In this document: in pieces, positions 18,447 to 33,608 of the stretch
Numbering within the stretch: position 1 is the stretch's first letter
Layout of the letters: every line of letters begins with the position of its first letter
Assembly (NCBI RefSeq): GCF_009914755.1
Contig: NC_060940.1
Length of the DNA: 64,000 bases
Origin: the human T2T-CHM13v2.0 reference genome, Homo sapiens
Direction: 5' to 3' (one strand)
Notes under the pieces: generated by a model
Told to the model about the DNA's origin: nothing
Databases searched by the model: none
Seen by the model: the letters and a program-made list of their open reading frames with translations, nothing else
Program-made: the position numbers and the translations under genes

Positions 18447-18836
18447 CGCAAACTGTTAACACAACATGCTCAGAGCACACAACACACAGCACAGGGTGGG
18501 GGTCTCAGTCATCACCAGACCATCTGAGGATGAAGAAAATTAAAGGAGGACAAGAGGAAATAAACTTCTTTTATAGGCTATTAACAACCTATTTAATTTT
18601 TCAGCAGATTTCTTCTCACTGTGACACCAAGGATCCCATTCATTAATCCAAAAATGCTTACCTGTTACCACTCTGAATACACTCTAAGTGAAATCCAGAA
18701 CAAAATTCACAACATTTCGACAAAACTCTATCAAGTCCAAGAAAACCAACCTGGACACTCACGCATTATTTTGATACTTATTTTTACAAATCAATGACAA
18801 AAACATAAATTGATAGAGAATGCAGTGAGTATTTAC

Positions 18837-18921
18837 CGATTCCATAGCTGAAAGTCAGTGCTGACGAGGACTGTCTTTTAAATCCAATGGAGGTGTGTCC
18901 CAGAGCAGGGCTGTATATATT
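18837..18921 (-). other. ANKRD11: ANKRD11 exon 2 (non-coding 5'UTR exon, 85 nt)
   Basis: Minus strand reads ctcactctcttgtttcag|AATATATACAGCCCTGCTCTGGGACAC...CAGCTATGGAATCG|gtaaat; canonical acceptor and donor; sequence recognised from memory. Confidence 0.88.
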
Positions 18922-19318
18922 CTGAAACAAGAGAGTGAGATTAGCTCATGTCAATAATAATTTCAGCCTCAGTTCTTTCATCGCTCTCGTCTCCCTCCAT
19001 TTGGTCCACACGGTTTATTCCATCGCCCTTCCTCTCCCATGACCCACTGCTCAGCTCCTGGTCACTGTGCCAAGGCCAAAACTTAACTTCATTCATCAAA
19101 TACCTTTACGTCACAATGCAGCAATTGCAACAACTTAAAGGTAAATCCAAAGTCCAGCACAAAAAAGAGTAGATGACACTGATACAATCTTGTGAAATCA
19201 CCATAAAACCAGATTTTAGAGGCTCTGGGGCTTTTTATACGTAAGAAACCAAATAACCCAAGTGGGCAATCTCGCCACAGAAACAAAACATTACCAGTAA
19301 GCTAAGTTTTTAAAAGGC

Positions 19319-20640
<1,322 letters not shown>

Positions 20641-20889
20641 CAATCCATCAATCAATAAAAATAAATGTGAATACGCAGCTTCTAGTCACCACACAGCCTG
20701 GTTTCAGTGAAAAGCAGCAAGTGTGCCACGAAGCTTTCCGTAAAAGAGCTCAGAGAGGGGAAGAGCATCAGCAGCAGGAAGCCAGCGAGGAACCCCAGCA
20801 TCGACCTCCAGAGTCCTGAGAGCACTCAAAGCATCATGAGTCCAACGATTTGCAAGCTCACTGCCACTGGCATTTGGGTTCAGCGCGCC

Positions 20890-21012
20890 AACAGGGTTGA
20901 GCAGCGTCGGTCTTCTAGATGCCAGTAAGGCCACCCAGCAAATCCTGGCAACCAAAAATGTCTCCAGACGATGTCCGCTAAAGGGCAAAACACGCCGGTG
21001 AGAACTGCTGCT
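20890..21012. mobile_element. MER20 (hAT-Charlie) fragment
   Basis: ctagatgccagta...caaccaaaaatgtctccagac...gggcaaaa...tgagaactgctg. Confidence 0.7.
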
Positions 21013-21591
21013 TTAATGCAGCTGCTGTTTCCCATGTATGAAGAAACTGGGCCCAAATCAGGTGAAAGTGAAAAACATCAGTTAAAAGTGAAACAAAACT
21101 CAGTTTTCTGTTGTCTTAGGGTCCCACAGGGTATGGAAAGCAAGTTGGGAAGAGAAAATTCTGGTCTGAAGGTCTTTTCTTTCTGACTGACAGACAATCT
21201 CAGTAACTGATCCCATTATCTCTGGAAGACAGTACCAATCCAGAGCCTCTAAAATATTTGGAATAAACATTACAGATTTTTCTTAAGAGACAGGGTCTCA
21301 CTGTGTTGCCAAGGCTGGGAATGGAGTGGTGCAAACACAGCTCACTGCGGCCTCAACCTCCTGGGCCCAAGGGGTCCTCCCACCTCAGCCTCCCAAGTAA
21401 AGACATTTTCTAAGGTGTGAAAAAAAGCTTCATTTAGAATACATGTTCACATCAAAACCACCACCACGACTATAAACAAGCTATGTTGTCAAACAGAAAA
21501 GCACCAGGCTACACTTCTTACTGTCAGCTCCTGCCTACAGCAACTCAGGAATCAACAGGCCTGTGGAGGCTGAGTGCAGACAGAGACCATG

Positions 21592-22418
21592 GAGACATGA
21601 AGGGTCAGTGTGTGATGACGGAGTCAGGGAGTCAGGGATGGGACCATCACCCATCCATGTCTGGGGGTGGGGCTGAGACACGAAGGGTCAGTGTGTGATG
21701 ACGGAGTCAGGGATGGGACCATCACCCGTCCATGTCTGGGGGTGGGGGTGAGACACGAAGGGTCGGTGTGTGATGACGGAGTCAGGGATGGGACCATCAC
21801 CCGTCCATGTCTGGGGGTGGGGGTGAGACACGAAGGGTCGGTGTGTGATGACGGAGTCAGGGATGGGACCATCACCCGTCCATGTCTGGGGGTGGGGGTG
21901 AGACACGAAGGGTCGGTGTGTGATGACGGAGTCAGGGATGGGACCATCACCCGTCCATGTCTGGGGGCGGGGGTGAGACACGAAGGGTCGGTGTGTGATG
22001 ACGGAGTCAGGGATGGGACCATCACCCGTCCATGTCTGGGGGTGGGGCTGAGACACGAAGGGTCGGTGTGTGGTGACGGAGTCAGGGATGGGACCATCAC
22101 CCGTCCATGTCTGGGGGCGGGGGTGAGACACGAAGGGTCGGTGTGTGATGACGGAGTCAGGGATGGGACCATCACCCGTCCATGTCTGGGGGCGGGGGTG
22201 AGACACGAAGGGTCGGTGTGTGATGACGGAGTCAGGGATGGGACCATCACCCGTCCACGTCTGGGGGTGGGGGTGAGACACGAAGGGTCGGTGTGTGATG
22301 ACGGAGTCAGGGATGGGACCATCACCCGTCCATGTCTGGGGGTGGGGGTGAGACACGAAGGGTCAGTGTGTGATGACAGGACCACTGCCCATCCATGTCT
22401 TGGGGCAGGGGTGGGGGT
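21592..22418. repeat. VNTR, 75-bp unit x~11 (gagacacgaagggtcggtgtgtgatgacggagtcagggatgggaccatcacccgtccatgtctgggggtgggggt)
   Basis: agacacgaag recurs every 75 bp from 21676 to 22351; 25-aa periodic ORFs. Confidence 0.97.
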
Positions 22419-24229
22419 AACCAAAACCAGAATCCAGTTAAAACAACAGGGAGTTGCTTCTACCTATGGAAATGGCAACAGGACAAGATGATAACCCAGG
22501 TGCTAAGGAGTCGGCTACACGCATTCTGTGTTAGGAAACCCAGGAGGTACTAATGGCGGCTCTCTCTGAATGGTGGAGCAATGTGAGGTTTTAAATGCTC
22601 TTACCACTCTGGACTCCTTACTCTCATCAACCCCTTTAAGTGGGTTATTTGCCACGTTAGGGATAGGGAAAGAAAATTATTTAATACAATCAACGGGTAA
22701 AAAGTTAAAGTTACCTAAGAAGAAAGAGCTCTAGGCCAAACCTATAATCCCAGAACTTTAAGAGGCCGAGGTGGGAGGATCACTTCCGCACAGAAGCTCA
22801 AGGCTGCAGTCAGTTAGGGTGGCACCACTGCACTCCACCTGGGCGAGCGACTGAGACCCTAAGAATATCCAAACCATTAAAAGAATTTTTTTACAGAATT
22901 TTTCTTTTAAAAAAAGCAATTTTAAAAAAAAGGATCTTGGATGTTATCACCAAAAAGAAGTGGTATTTGAGGGGATGGACACAGTAACCACCCTGGTCTC
23001 ATCGGTAAACAAGGCATCCACGGACTGAGGCATCCTACCGGACTCCACTAACAGGTGCGACTATGGGTCAGTAATAAACACACTTTTCAATATGTCAAGT
23101 AATAACACGATATTCGCGCTGACCCAATCGCACCCCACCTCTTTCAACGCCCTGGGCTCTCCCCTCGCTTTGTTGCATGAGAGCTGCTTTACTCACTGCT
23201 CTCGACGAACAGTCACAGCCACGAGCACCGTCCGAAACAGAATCACAGCCTCCCTGGGAAGGAAGCTGGGCAGACCTGATGCTTATTTTTGGAAAGGAAC
23301 GGAAGTTCAAGATTGCTCATGTTTTTATTACAGTCTCCCTTTTCTCCCCTAAGAGAATCACAAGTTTCAGGAGACTCTGACTGACACAACTGTATTAATG
23401 TTTAATTCACTCCCACTTTAATCACTTTTTTCTTTTTTTCTTTCTTTATATCAAAGCACATCAATAATCACTTTTTTCAATCAGGAGATCTACAACTGCT
23501 TGCTAACCATAGTCTTCAATCCGCTAAGATGAGCAATTCTTTCTGTCCACACTGACTAACCCCAACTGACAGCAGAGAAAAACCACGAGGCCTGTGGCTG
23601 CCCCACACCGCTGCTCCTTCAGACAACCAAGGGCCACGGTGGTTTCACAGCTGTGAGCTCAGGCCCCTCAGCTCCCTCCCGTGAGCCACCTTCCCAACAC
23701 CCTCAGAGCCCAGGAGTCCATGTTAGCAAAGACAGGTCCCTACACTGGCCTTGGTCTCAAAACGCTGCTAGCCAGAGCTATGACCTTATGCAAACAATGA
23801 TTTTCATTCGCGTTAGGCTGGGTGGGAGGGTCCACAGGGGAGCCACTGACGATGGGCATCTGCCCCCGACACTGGCTGACTAACCAGCACCATTAACCCT
23901 GGGCTCCGAACGGCAGTCACACCAGCCTGTCTCAGGGCCAGGTCTGTCTTTTCCCTGCTTCCCACAGAACGGCCCGCAGTGCATTCCTTTCATGAGTACA
24001 GGAGCATACGGATGGGTTTTAAGAGACTAGTGCGGAGCTGTGGCTTTCTTGACAAATACTTTTTCAGTAACTTCAAATACATGCACAGAGAAGGCATGAG
24101 ATGTGTGGTTAGAGTTAACCTGAAAGCACAAGGTGGTGCCTGCAGCAGCAGGCACTCAGCACCTGACCCAACTCAACTCAAACATGTGAGCCCACCATTA
24201 CTAGAGGTCAAAAATGGTCCAATAAACTC

Positions 24230-25630
24230 CACTCAGTTGTTCACAGCTGTTTTATTCATAAGCACCAGAAACTGGAATCAGCCCAGATGTGCTTCGATGG
24301 TGTAAGAAAACGTTTTAAATGGTCCGTTTTCCAGGCATGATAAATCTACGCAATGGCAGCCAGCCTGCGGATGTAACAAACCGCACGGCTCGTGCACCTA
24401 GAAGGTCACAATAAGCGAACAAAATGTAGAAGAGGGGTCAGCCCATAAATGGGAAGAAAGTTTCAGTATTGGGAAATCAAAACTTAAGCGGGTAAGAGGA
24501 CAGGGTACAACCTTGTAAGCGGGTAAGGGGACGGCGTACAACGGGATAATGAAACTCAGGCGACCTCCGGGAAGATTGTAACCCCATAGTACTCGACCAG
24601 TGAGGAACTGGGGGAGGGACTTGCATTAGAGGAGATAAACTACCTGCTGTGACTGCCCCGGGTGTACCTGCCTACCAGGCACCTGATCTTGCAAGACTGC
24701 CATTAAAAATCTTGCTTCCTGGCTGGGCGCAGTGGCTCACACCTATAATCCCAGCACTTTGAGTCAGGCAGATCACCTGAGGTTGGGAGTTCGAGACCAG
24801 CGTGGCCAACATGGAGAAACCCCGTCTGTACTAAAAATACAAAATTAGCCAGGCGTGGTGGCGCATGCCTGTAATCCCAGCTACTCGGGAGACTGAAGCA
24901 GGAGAATCACTTGAACCCAGGAGACGGAGGTTGCAGCAAGCCAAGATCACACCTCTGCACTCCAGGCTGGGTGACAAGAGCAAAACTCTGTCTCAAAAAA
25001 AAAAAAGAGAGAGAAAGAAAAAAGTCTCATTTCTGCTGTTCTGTGTGTCTCCAAGCCCAGTCTTTGGGTGTGGACGGGTGAATGTGTGTTTCTCACCATG
25101 GATAAATAAGCTGAGTCCACCCACACCACGGAGACCACTCAGCAACAAAACAGAGCGAACATTACGCTGAGCAAAAAGGCCAATCGAAAAGGTTACATTT
25201 CTACGACTCCATTTATATGACACTCTTATGACAAATTTTTCAAATGGAGGACAAATCAGTGGTTCTCAGGGGTTAGGGACCAGGGTGGGGAGATGGGCTG
25301 GAAGGGGCAAATGTGGCTAGAAAAGGGCAAAGGGCCGATCCTTGCGATTATGGAACTATTCAGCACCGCAACACGGCAGGGACGGGGGCCCCCAGTGGTG
25401 AACACGCACAGAACTCAAATCAATCAATCTCTCTCTCTAACACACACGTACAAGTAAACTTCAGGCAACCTGAGTAAGACCGGTCAGCGATACCGTGTCC
25501 ACATCCTGGCTGTGACGTTCTATTAAGGCCACAGTTCTCCAATGTGTTACCATTCGAAGAGAGGAGGAGACTGGCCGAAGTGTACAAAGGGCTCTCAAGG
25601 ATTTCTTACAACAAAACACAAGCTCAAACT
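24230..25630 (+). mobile_element. Old L1M 3' region interrupted by an LTR and an Alu
   Basis: gttcacagctgttttattcataagcaccagaaactggaa... resumes after 25098 as atggataaa...ctccatttatatgacactct. Confidence 0.7.
24301..25097 (+). mobile_element. Solo ERV1 LTR (LTR15-like), split by an AluSp at 24721-25020
   Basis: Starts tgtaagaaaacgttttaaatggtcc and ends gtgtttctcacc; 4-bp TSD atgg at 24297-24300 and 25098-25101; family name from memory. Confidence 0.7.
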
Positions 25631-25689
25631 ATTTAAAAAAAAAAAAAAAGTCCAAAAAAGAAAGAGTCCAATATTGACAATTTCATATG

Positions 25690-25880
25690 GTTTTATCTAG
25701 CACCAACTCACTTTATCCTCACAATAATCCCACAGAGTAGGTATCATTATTATCTCCCCTTTGCACATGAGAAAACTGAGGCCCTAGAAGTGTGAGAAAT
25801 TTAGTCAAGGTCACATTTTAAATGGTGGGGCCAAGACCTGAAACCAGGCTGGCTGGCTCCAGTGCCCACACTCTTCACCA
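25690..25880 (-). mobile_element. MIR
   Basis: atcctcacaataatcc...attattatctcccctttgcacatgagaaaactgaggcc...aaggtcaca core. Confidence 0.8.
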
Positions 25881-27081
25881 CGATCAGTCTTGAAACTGGA
25901 AATGGAAAACATGGACATGAATCTGCTATTATTATGGCTTAAAAATCTTACAATGTAACTTTAGAGGACTTAAAGGGAACACTAAAGACCTACCATCCAG
26001 CCTCATCTCATTTTAGTTCTCAATCAAAAAAAGACACAGCCAATTGGATTCCACTCCCACAATGGTGCCAGGAGCCCCACAATCCCAAGGCCAGCTGGTG
26101 CAGACAGGTCACCTATCCACTCTGATCAAACCATTCTCCTGACCTCGGTCGGTCTCCTTCGTTTTTTCAGGTTGGGGGCGGACAAGGTGGGCCGGTTATT
26201 TCGATTTTTTCGGGCTGGGGGCAGAGAAGGTGCAGTTATTTGTTTCCTGTTTCTGGTGTTTCTTTTTTAAGGGTGGGGTGCTATTCATTTCGTTTTCTCT
26301 GATTTAAAGTGAAAGAGAAGGCTCCAGGGAATAAAGGCAACTACGCAAACTTCAGAACTGAGGTGAGCCTGAGGAGGAACTAGAAGGAAAACCAGGCTTC
26401 CTTCTTCAGTGCAAATGTTTCTTTTTACTACAGGAAAAAACGAAACAGGAAACAAAATGAATGTTCCCAAACAATTCTCTTTATACCATTTAGCAGAAAA
26501 AGGTGCAAAGTGGATGAATGCAGAACGAGAACAAGGGGGAACGATTTCACACAACCGTTCTTCCCTTTCCATAATGCCTGCCCTGATAGGAATCAAACTC
26601 CTCTGCTAAAGAACAAAAGCCAACTATGGAAGGCAGGAGAACCTTCAGTCCTCAGAGGAGGCATCCGACTCCTGCCAAAACCTTCCCTTCCTCACCGGAT
26701 CCAGGGGAATGGCAAAAACAATTCGTGTTTGAAAGTAAACAGATACACAGCTATAACAAAAAAAACAAAGGAAGCTGTAGATCAGAAACTGGGAAATACC
26801 TGAAAATTAGAGGAGGACAAAGGCATGAAATCAAACTAGAGAAAGTGACACAAAAGCCAACAGTGAAAACAGCCCCAATAACACACAGGAGAAGGTGGAG
26901 GAAGGACAGTGCTGGACTGTGCAATACCTGCCTCCCTCCCGCAGGAGGCCCGGCTCCACAAGACCCCAACCAGCGCCGGCCGAGTTCACAAGCTCCCTGA
27001 GCAACAAACACCAACTCCCTGCGTGGCTTCACTAAAACAAGCCTTGAAAGGGAACAAGAGGCTCTGATGGTCACTTAAACA

Positions 27082-27084
<3 letters not shown>

Positions 27085-27126
<42 letters not shown>
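27085..27126. repeat. (CA)n microsatellite
   Basis: Direct reading. Confidence 0.97.
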
Positions 27127-27128
<2 letters not shown>

Positions 27129-27619
27129 TCTGAAATCCTGACCAATGAAGACATAAGACCAACCTTTCAGAAAGCCTAAATCAGGCGCATATAGATGACC
27201 AATTTATTTCTAGCTCTTAGTAAACCCACAGAATTCCAAATCAGCATCACAGTCTAATGGCAAAACTCAAAAGGAAACATGAATATACTGTGATCTACTT
27301 GTCTTGAGCTCACTGTTGGCCTCACCATTTTATGATCGGCGTCATGGACACTGGGAAACAGAAAAGACGGAGAAATCCGGGAAGCGGCTGTTTCACTTCA
27401 GTGTGAAGCTCCTACTCAACAATCGCTTAGTTATTTGTGACCTCTCACAACACTCATCTGTTCTGTTTCTACAAAATGAATAATCCAAGTGGCAGTAGAC
27501 ATCAGGACACCTGTTACCAGCCTGTCTTTTGCCAAGTAGGAACCTCAGAATGAGATACAACTCCATGAAGAACCATCTCTTGGTATGCAACAAGGTCTTC
27601 AGTCAGTCAGTCAATCAAT

Positions 27620-27985
27620 TCAGCAGAGCTGCATGATACAAGATCAATATACAAAAGTCAGCTGTATCATCATCATACACAAGCAATGAACAATCTGAAA
27701 AAGATTAAGGAAACATTTCCATTTAAAACAGCATCAAAAAGAATATTTAGCAACAAATTTAACCAAAGAAGTGTAAAACTTGCACCCTGTAACCACAAAA
27801 CACTGTTGAAAGAAACCGAAGACCTAAATAAGTGGAGGGAAAAAATCCCATATTCATGGATCAAAAGACACAGTGTCTTTACGACAGCAACACCCCCCAG
27901 GGTGACCTGATGATTCAGTGCAGTAACTATCAGAATTCCAACGGCCTTTTTTCAAAAGTGATCCAAAAATCTAGATGGAATTGTA
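27620..27985 (+). mobile_element. L1M ORF2 fragment (degenerate)
   Basis: Translates as ...PFKTASKRI...KTLLKETEDLNKW..IPYSWI, matching L1 ORF2p [23 protein letters not shown]. Confidence 0.85.
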
Positions 27986-28073
27986 AACCTCTTACATACT
28001 ACAACTTACAGAACTATACAACTTTTTCTTAAAACTTTTTTCAGAGTAGAAAAGACATAATTAAAATGTCTAG

Positions 28074-29478
<1,405 letters not shown>

Positions 29479-29644
29479 TACACCACTGTCCCTGAATGTG
29501 CACTGTTCTTTTAATTTAGAATGTGAGCCCACAATGATTTGTACAGCCCAACATCTAAGATGCAATGAACAGAATGTAAATGGGGGTTGGGGGGAGGGAA
29601 GGGACTACACAGCTTCTGAGAGAACAGCAACGTCCCTGCAGCGT

Positions 29645-31198
29645 GGGATTCTCAACTCTCACGCTCAGACGTTCTAGTACACAGCAGGGACTCTCAACTC
29701 TCGCGCTCAGACGTTCTAGTACACAGCAGGGATTCTCAACTCTCACGCTCAGACGTTCTAGTACACAGCAGGGATTCTCAACTCTCACGCTCAGACGTTC
29801 TAGTACACAGCAGGGACTCTCAACTCTCACGCTCAGACGTTCTAGTACACAGCAGGGACTCTCAACTCTCACGCTCAGACGTTCTAGTACACAGCAGGTA
29901 CTCTCAACTCTCGCGCTCAGACGTTCTAGTACACAGCAGGGACTCTCAACTCTCGCGCTCAGACGTTCTAGTACACAGCAGGGACTCTCAACTCTCGCGC
30001 TCAGACGTTCTAGTACACAGCAGGGACTCTCAACTCTCGCGCTCAGACGTTCTAGTACACAGCAGGGACTCTCAACTCTCGCGCTCAGTCGTTCTAGTAC
30101 ACAGCAGGGACTCTCAACTCTCAGGCTCAGACGTTCTAGTACACAGCAGGGACTCTCAACTCTCGCGCTCAGTCGTTCTAGTACACAGCAGGGACTCTCA
30201 ACTCTCAGGCTCAGTCGTTCTAGTACACAGCAGGGACTCTCAACTCTCGCGCTCAGTCGTTCTAGTACACAGCAGGGACTCTCAACTCTCACGCTCAGTC
30301 GTTCTAGTACACAGCAGGGACTCTCAACTCTCACGCTCAGTCGTTCTAGTACACAGCAGGGACTCTCAACTCTCACGCTCAGTCGTTCTAGTACACAGCA
30401 GGTACTCTCAACTCTCGCGCTCAGACGTTCTAGTACACAGCAGGGACTCTCAACTCTCACGCTCAGACGTTCTAGTACACAGCAGGTACTCTCAACTCTC
30501 GCGCTCAGACGTTCTAGTACACAGCAGGGACTCTCAACTCTCGCGCTCAGACGTTCTAGTACACAGCAGGGATTCTCAACTCTCACGCTCAGTCGTTCTA
30601 GTACACAGCAGGGATTCTCAACTCTCACGCTCAGTCGTTCTAGTACACAGCAGGGACTCTCAACTCTCACGCTCAGACGTTCTAGTACACAGCAGGGACT
30701 CTCAACTCTCACGCTCAGACGTTCTAGTACACAGCAGGGACTCTCAACTCTCGCGCTCAGTCGTTCTAGTACATAGCAGGGACTCTCAACTCTCAGGCTC
30801 AGACGTTCTAGTACACAGCAGGGACTCTCAACTCTCGCGCTCAGTCGTTCTAGTACACAGCAGGGACTCTCAACTCTCAGGCTCAGTCGTTCTAGTACAC
30901 AGCAGGGACTCTCAACTCTCGCGCTCAGACGTTCTAGTACACAGCAGGGACTCTCAACTCTCACGCTCAGTCGTTCTAGTACACAGCAGGGACTCTCAAC
31001 TCTCACGCTCAGTCGTTCTAGTACACAGCAGGGATTCTCAACTCTCACGCTCAGTCGTTCTAGTACACAGCAGGGACTCTCAACTCTCACGCTCAGTCGT
31101 TCTAGTACACAGCAGGGACTCTCAACTCTCACGCTCAGACGTTCTAGTACACAGCAGGGATTCTCAACTCTCACGCTCAGACGTTCTAGTACACAGCA
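29645..31198. repeat. VNTR, 42-bp unit x37 (gggactctcaactctcacgctcagacgttctagtacacagca)
   Basis: Direct periodicity; 14-aa periodic ORFs on both strands. Confidence 0.97.
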
Positions 31199-31856
31199 GG
31201 TGCGCTGTCCTTTAACAAGGACAAAGGTCAACAAACGCCCCTTGGATGAATGGCTGATTGGCAGGCATTCCACACTGCAGGCTCTGTCCCCGCCCAGCAG
31301 ACTTGTCCCCTATCTTGAAACACTACTTTTCCATTTCATTAATGCAACCTGATGGCCGGCCACTGTAACAAAAGAAACATCACCAAAATGAATTGTTTCT
31401 TTCTTAAGACAAAAGGGAGTTTGCTCCTCACATATGACCTTACGCAGTTTCTGTCTGAGAATCATCATGTTCGTCAGCCCTGCCTGTGCTCTCCTCTTCC
31501 CACTGTGCTTCCTCCTGCATCACAAAGGAAACCCCTGTGAGCCTGGGAAGTGGGTGCGCAGGCGGAGAAACAGAAACGGCCACTCCAGGCTCAACCTATC
31601 CATCCCGGCCTCTTCCTAAGACCAAGGCGCTGCTGACTCAACCCTGCTTCCAGAAGCCTAGGGTTAACATCTGCTCCTTCCTCCTGTTTGCATTCAGTGA
31701 AATCCTCTCCTCTCCCAGGAGTTTCCACATAAAACCTGCCTCTTTGTTTATTAAGAATTGTTTACAGAACTCTCAAGCAGCAAAGGCAAAGTACAGAAGA
31801 TAAATAAGAGCAAGCTGGCCGGTGCGTGCGACTGGATGGACAACATCTTTACCCAC

Positions 31857-31927
31857 ATGTCTGCATCAGCTCTGCGTTGTTCACCGACAAATCCCGTGTC
31901 TGGAAGAGTCCTGGCAGGCTGCACGGG
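31857..31927 (-). other. ANKRD11: ANKRD11 alternative 5'UTR cassette exon (71 nt; second possible donor at 31853 gives 75 nt)
   Basis: Minus strand reads cactcaccagctcgctctctctccag|CCCGTGCAG...GCAGACAT|gtgggtaaag; branch-like ctcac plus polypyrimidine tract; size and ~13 kb spacing from exon 2 fit my recollection of an annotated variant. Confidence 0.7.
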
Positions 31928-32834
31928 CTGGAGAGAGAGCGAGCTGGTGAGTGGCTGCCCCTCCCATCACCACCACTGGCCACACCATGATGATCACACA
32001 CCCAGGCACACCCACTCTGTGCTCTCCACGCATCGCCTCATTCAACCCCCACGACAGCCCTTAACAGATGCCACCTCTGTGTTTCTTGTGAGAAACATGG
32101 AACATAACTGGCACTCATCTAGCATGGTCTCGCAGTAGCACTGAACCTACAAACCACTCTCTTCCCAGGCTTCCACCCCACCATTCCCGGTTTCTCTTGT
32201 GAACTTTGTTTCCATTTTGTTTCACTTGCTACATCTCCTTCCTCCACCTCCTCCCTCAATGTTGTCTTCAGCCACTGCAGGGGCACTCTCACCTGCCTCT
32301 GGCTTTAACGACGTGCTGCTGAATCCCAGCTCTGCCAATCAGAGTTGAACCCACTGAACCCACTGCAACAATGTCCAACTAGAGACACTGTCAATCAGAG
32401 ACAATGTTCCCACCTTACTCGGCTCTCCTCACACAGGCTGTGCACATACAGAGCCCTCACCCCACTCCTTCCTGTATCCCCTGCCTTGCTGCAGGGCACC
32501 ACTGTCTAACCCTCCAAGGCAGAAACCAGCTGCCTCCTCCTCCCTATCAAAAGCCCACTTATAAATCCTGTCCATTTCCAGCTCCCCCCCATCACTGTCA
32601 CTCCTCCCTACTGCAACCGCTCTGACTTCTAGTTCAAGAGTGTCTCAGTATTTCTTTACCTACATCATCATAACAACTTAATTATCTCCACCTCCAGCCA
32701 CACACACCATCAACTTATTCCCCACAGTGCTAAGGGGAGAATTTGCCACATCTGGTCACTTATTTACACCTCAGTCTGGTGTGCAGAAGTCACTGGGCTA
32801 ACAAGGAATATATTCATGTTGTACATCGTGATGC

Positions 32835-32837
<3 letters not shown>

Positions 32838-32872
<35 letters not shown>
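32838..32872. repeat. (CA)n microsatellite
   Basis: Direct reading. Confidence 0.95.
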
Positions 32873-32875
<3 letters not shown>

Positions 32876-33319
32876 CTGGAAAATAAAAGCTTCACAGGAC
32901 GAAAGCTTCCACTCCTACATGGGACACACTCCAGTGTTTCCCCAGGCTGGCAGCCGCTGTTTGTGACCTCAGGACCCATCGCCGTGGCAGCCGCCTCCCA
33001 GAGCCCGTGGCATGCACTGTGTTGAGGGGTGCTGTCTGGCTGCCTCCCCAGCCTCTGAGCAACCGCAAACACCTTCCAGTTTAGGAGGGTCCCTCTCCAT
33101 CTTCCTAGAATGCCCTTTTCTACTGTGTCCAGCTGGCAAACTCCTATTCATTCTTCAAAGTCAAGCTCAGGTCTTGACTTTCTTCCTTATACTTCTCAAT
33201 ATTCTTCAAATTCTCTACGGAGATATGTATTGCTTTTATATTTTTATACTATGTCACCACCATACCCGAGACCTTACCAGTCACACACTCACCCCCATTC
33301 ATATTCTATCACGGTATAA

Positions 33320-33536
33320 TCTTGAGCCCAGGAGTTCAAGACCAGCCTGGGCAACACAATGGGACCCCATCCCTATAAAAAATTAAAAAATTTGGCATGG
33401 TGGTACACGCCTGTGGTCCCAGCTACTCAGTAGAATCACTTGAGTCTCTACTCAGGAGAATCACTTGAGCCTGTGAGGTCGAGGCTGCAGGGGGCTTTAT
33501 CACAGCCCCACACTCCAGCCATGGGTGACAGAGACC

Positions 33537-33583
<47 letters not shown>

Positions 33584-33608
33584 CTCTCACACACACACAC
33601 ACACACAC
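33320..33608 (+). mobile_element. Partial AluJ ending in a (CT)n(CA)n compound microsatellite (33540-33608)
   Basis: Alu motifs followed by ctct.../caca... Confidence 0.85.

Noticed and set aside
18837-18921. Open frame across exon 2 (NIYSPALGHTSIGFKRQSSSALTFSYGI) as ANKRD11 coding sequence
   Set aside because: It has no ATG in that frame, and from memory the ANKRD11 CDS starts in the next exon, outside the window
21624-22491. 222-274 aa ORFs on both strands
   Set aside because: The 75-bp unit is a multiple of 3, so these are periodic translations of a VNTR
29555-31273. 572-aa Cys-rich ORF and 398-aa opposite-strand ORF
   Set aside because: 14-aa periodic VNTR artefact, open on both strands, with no domain or exon structure
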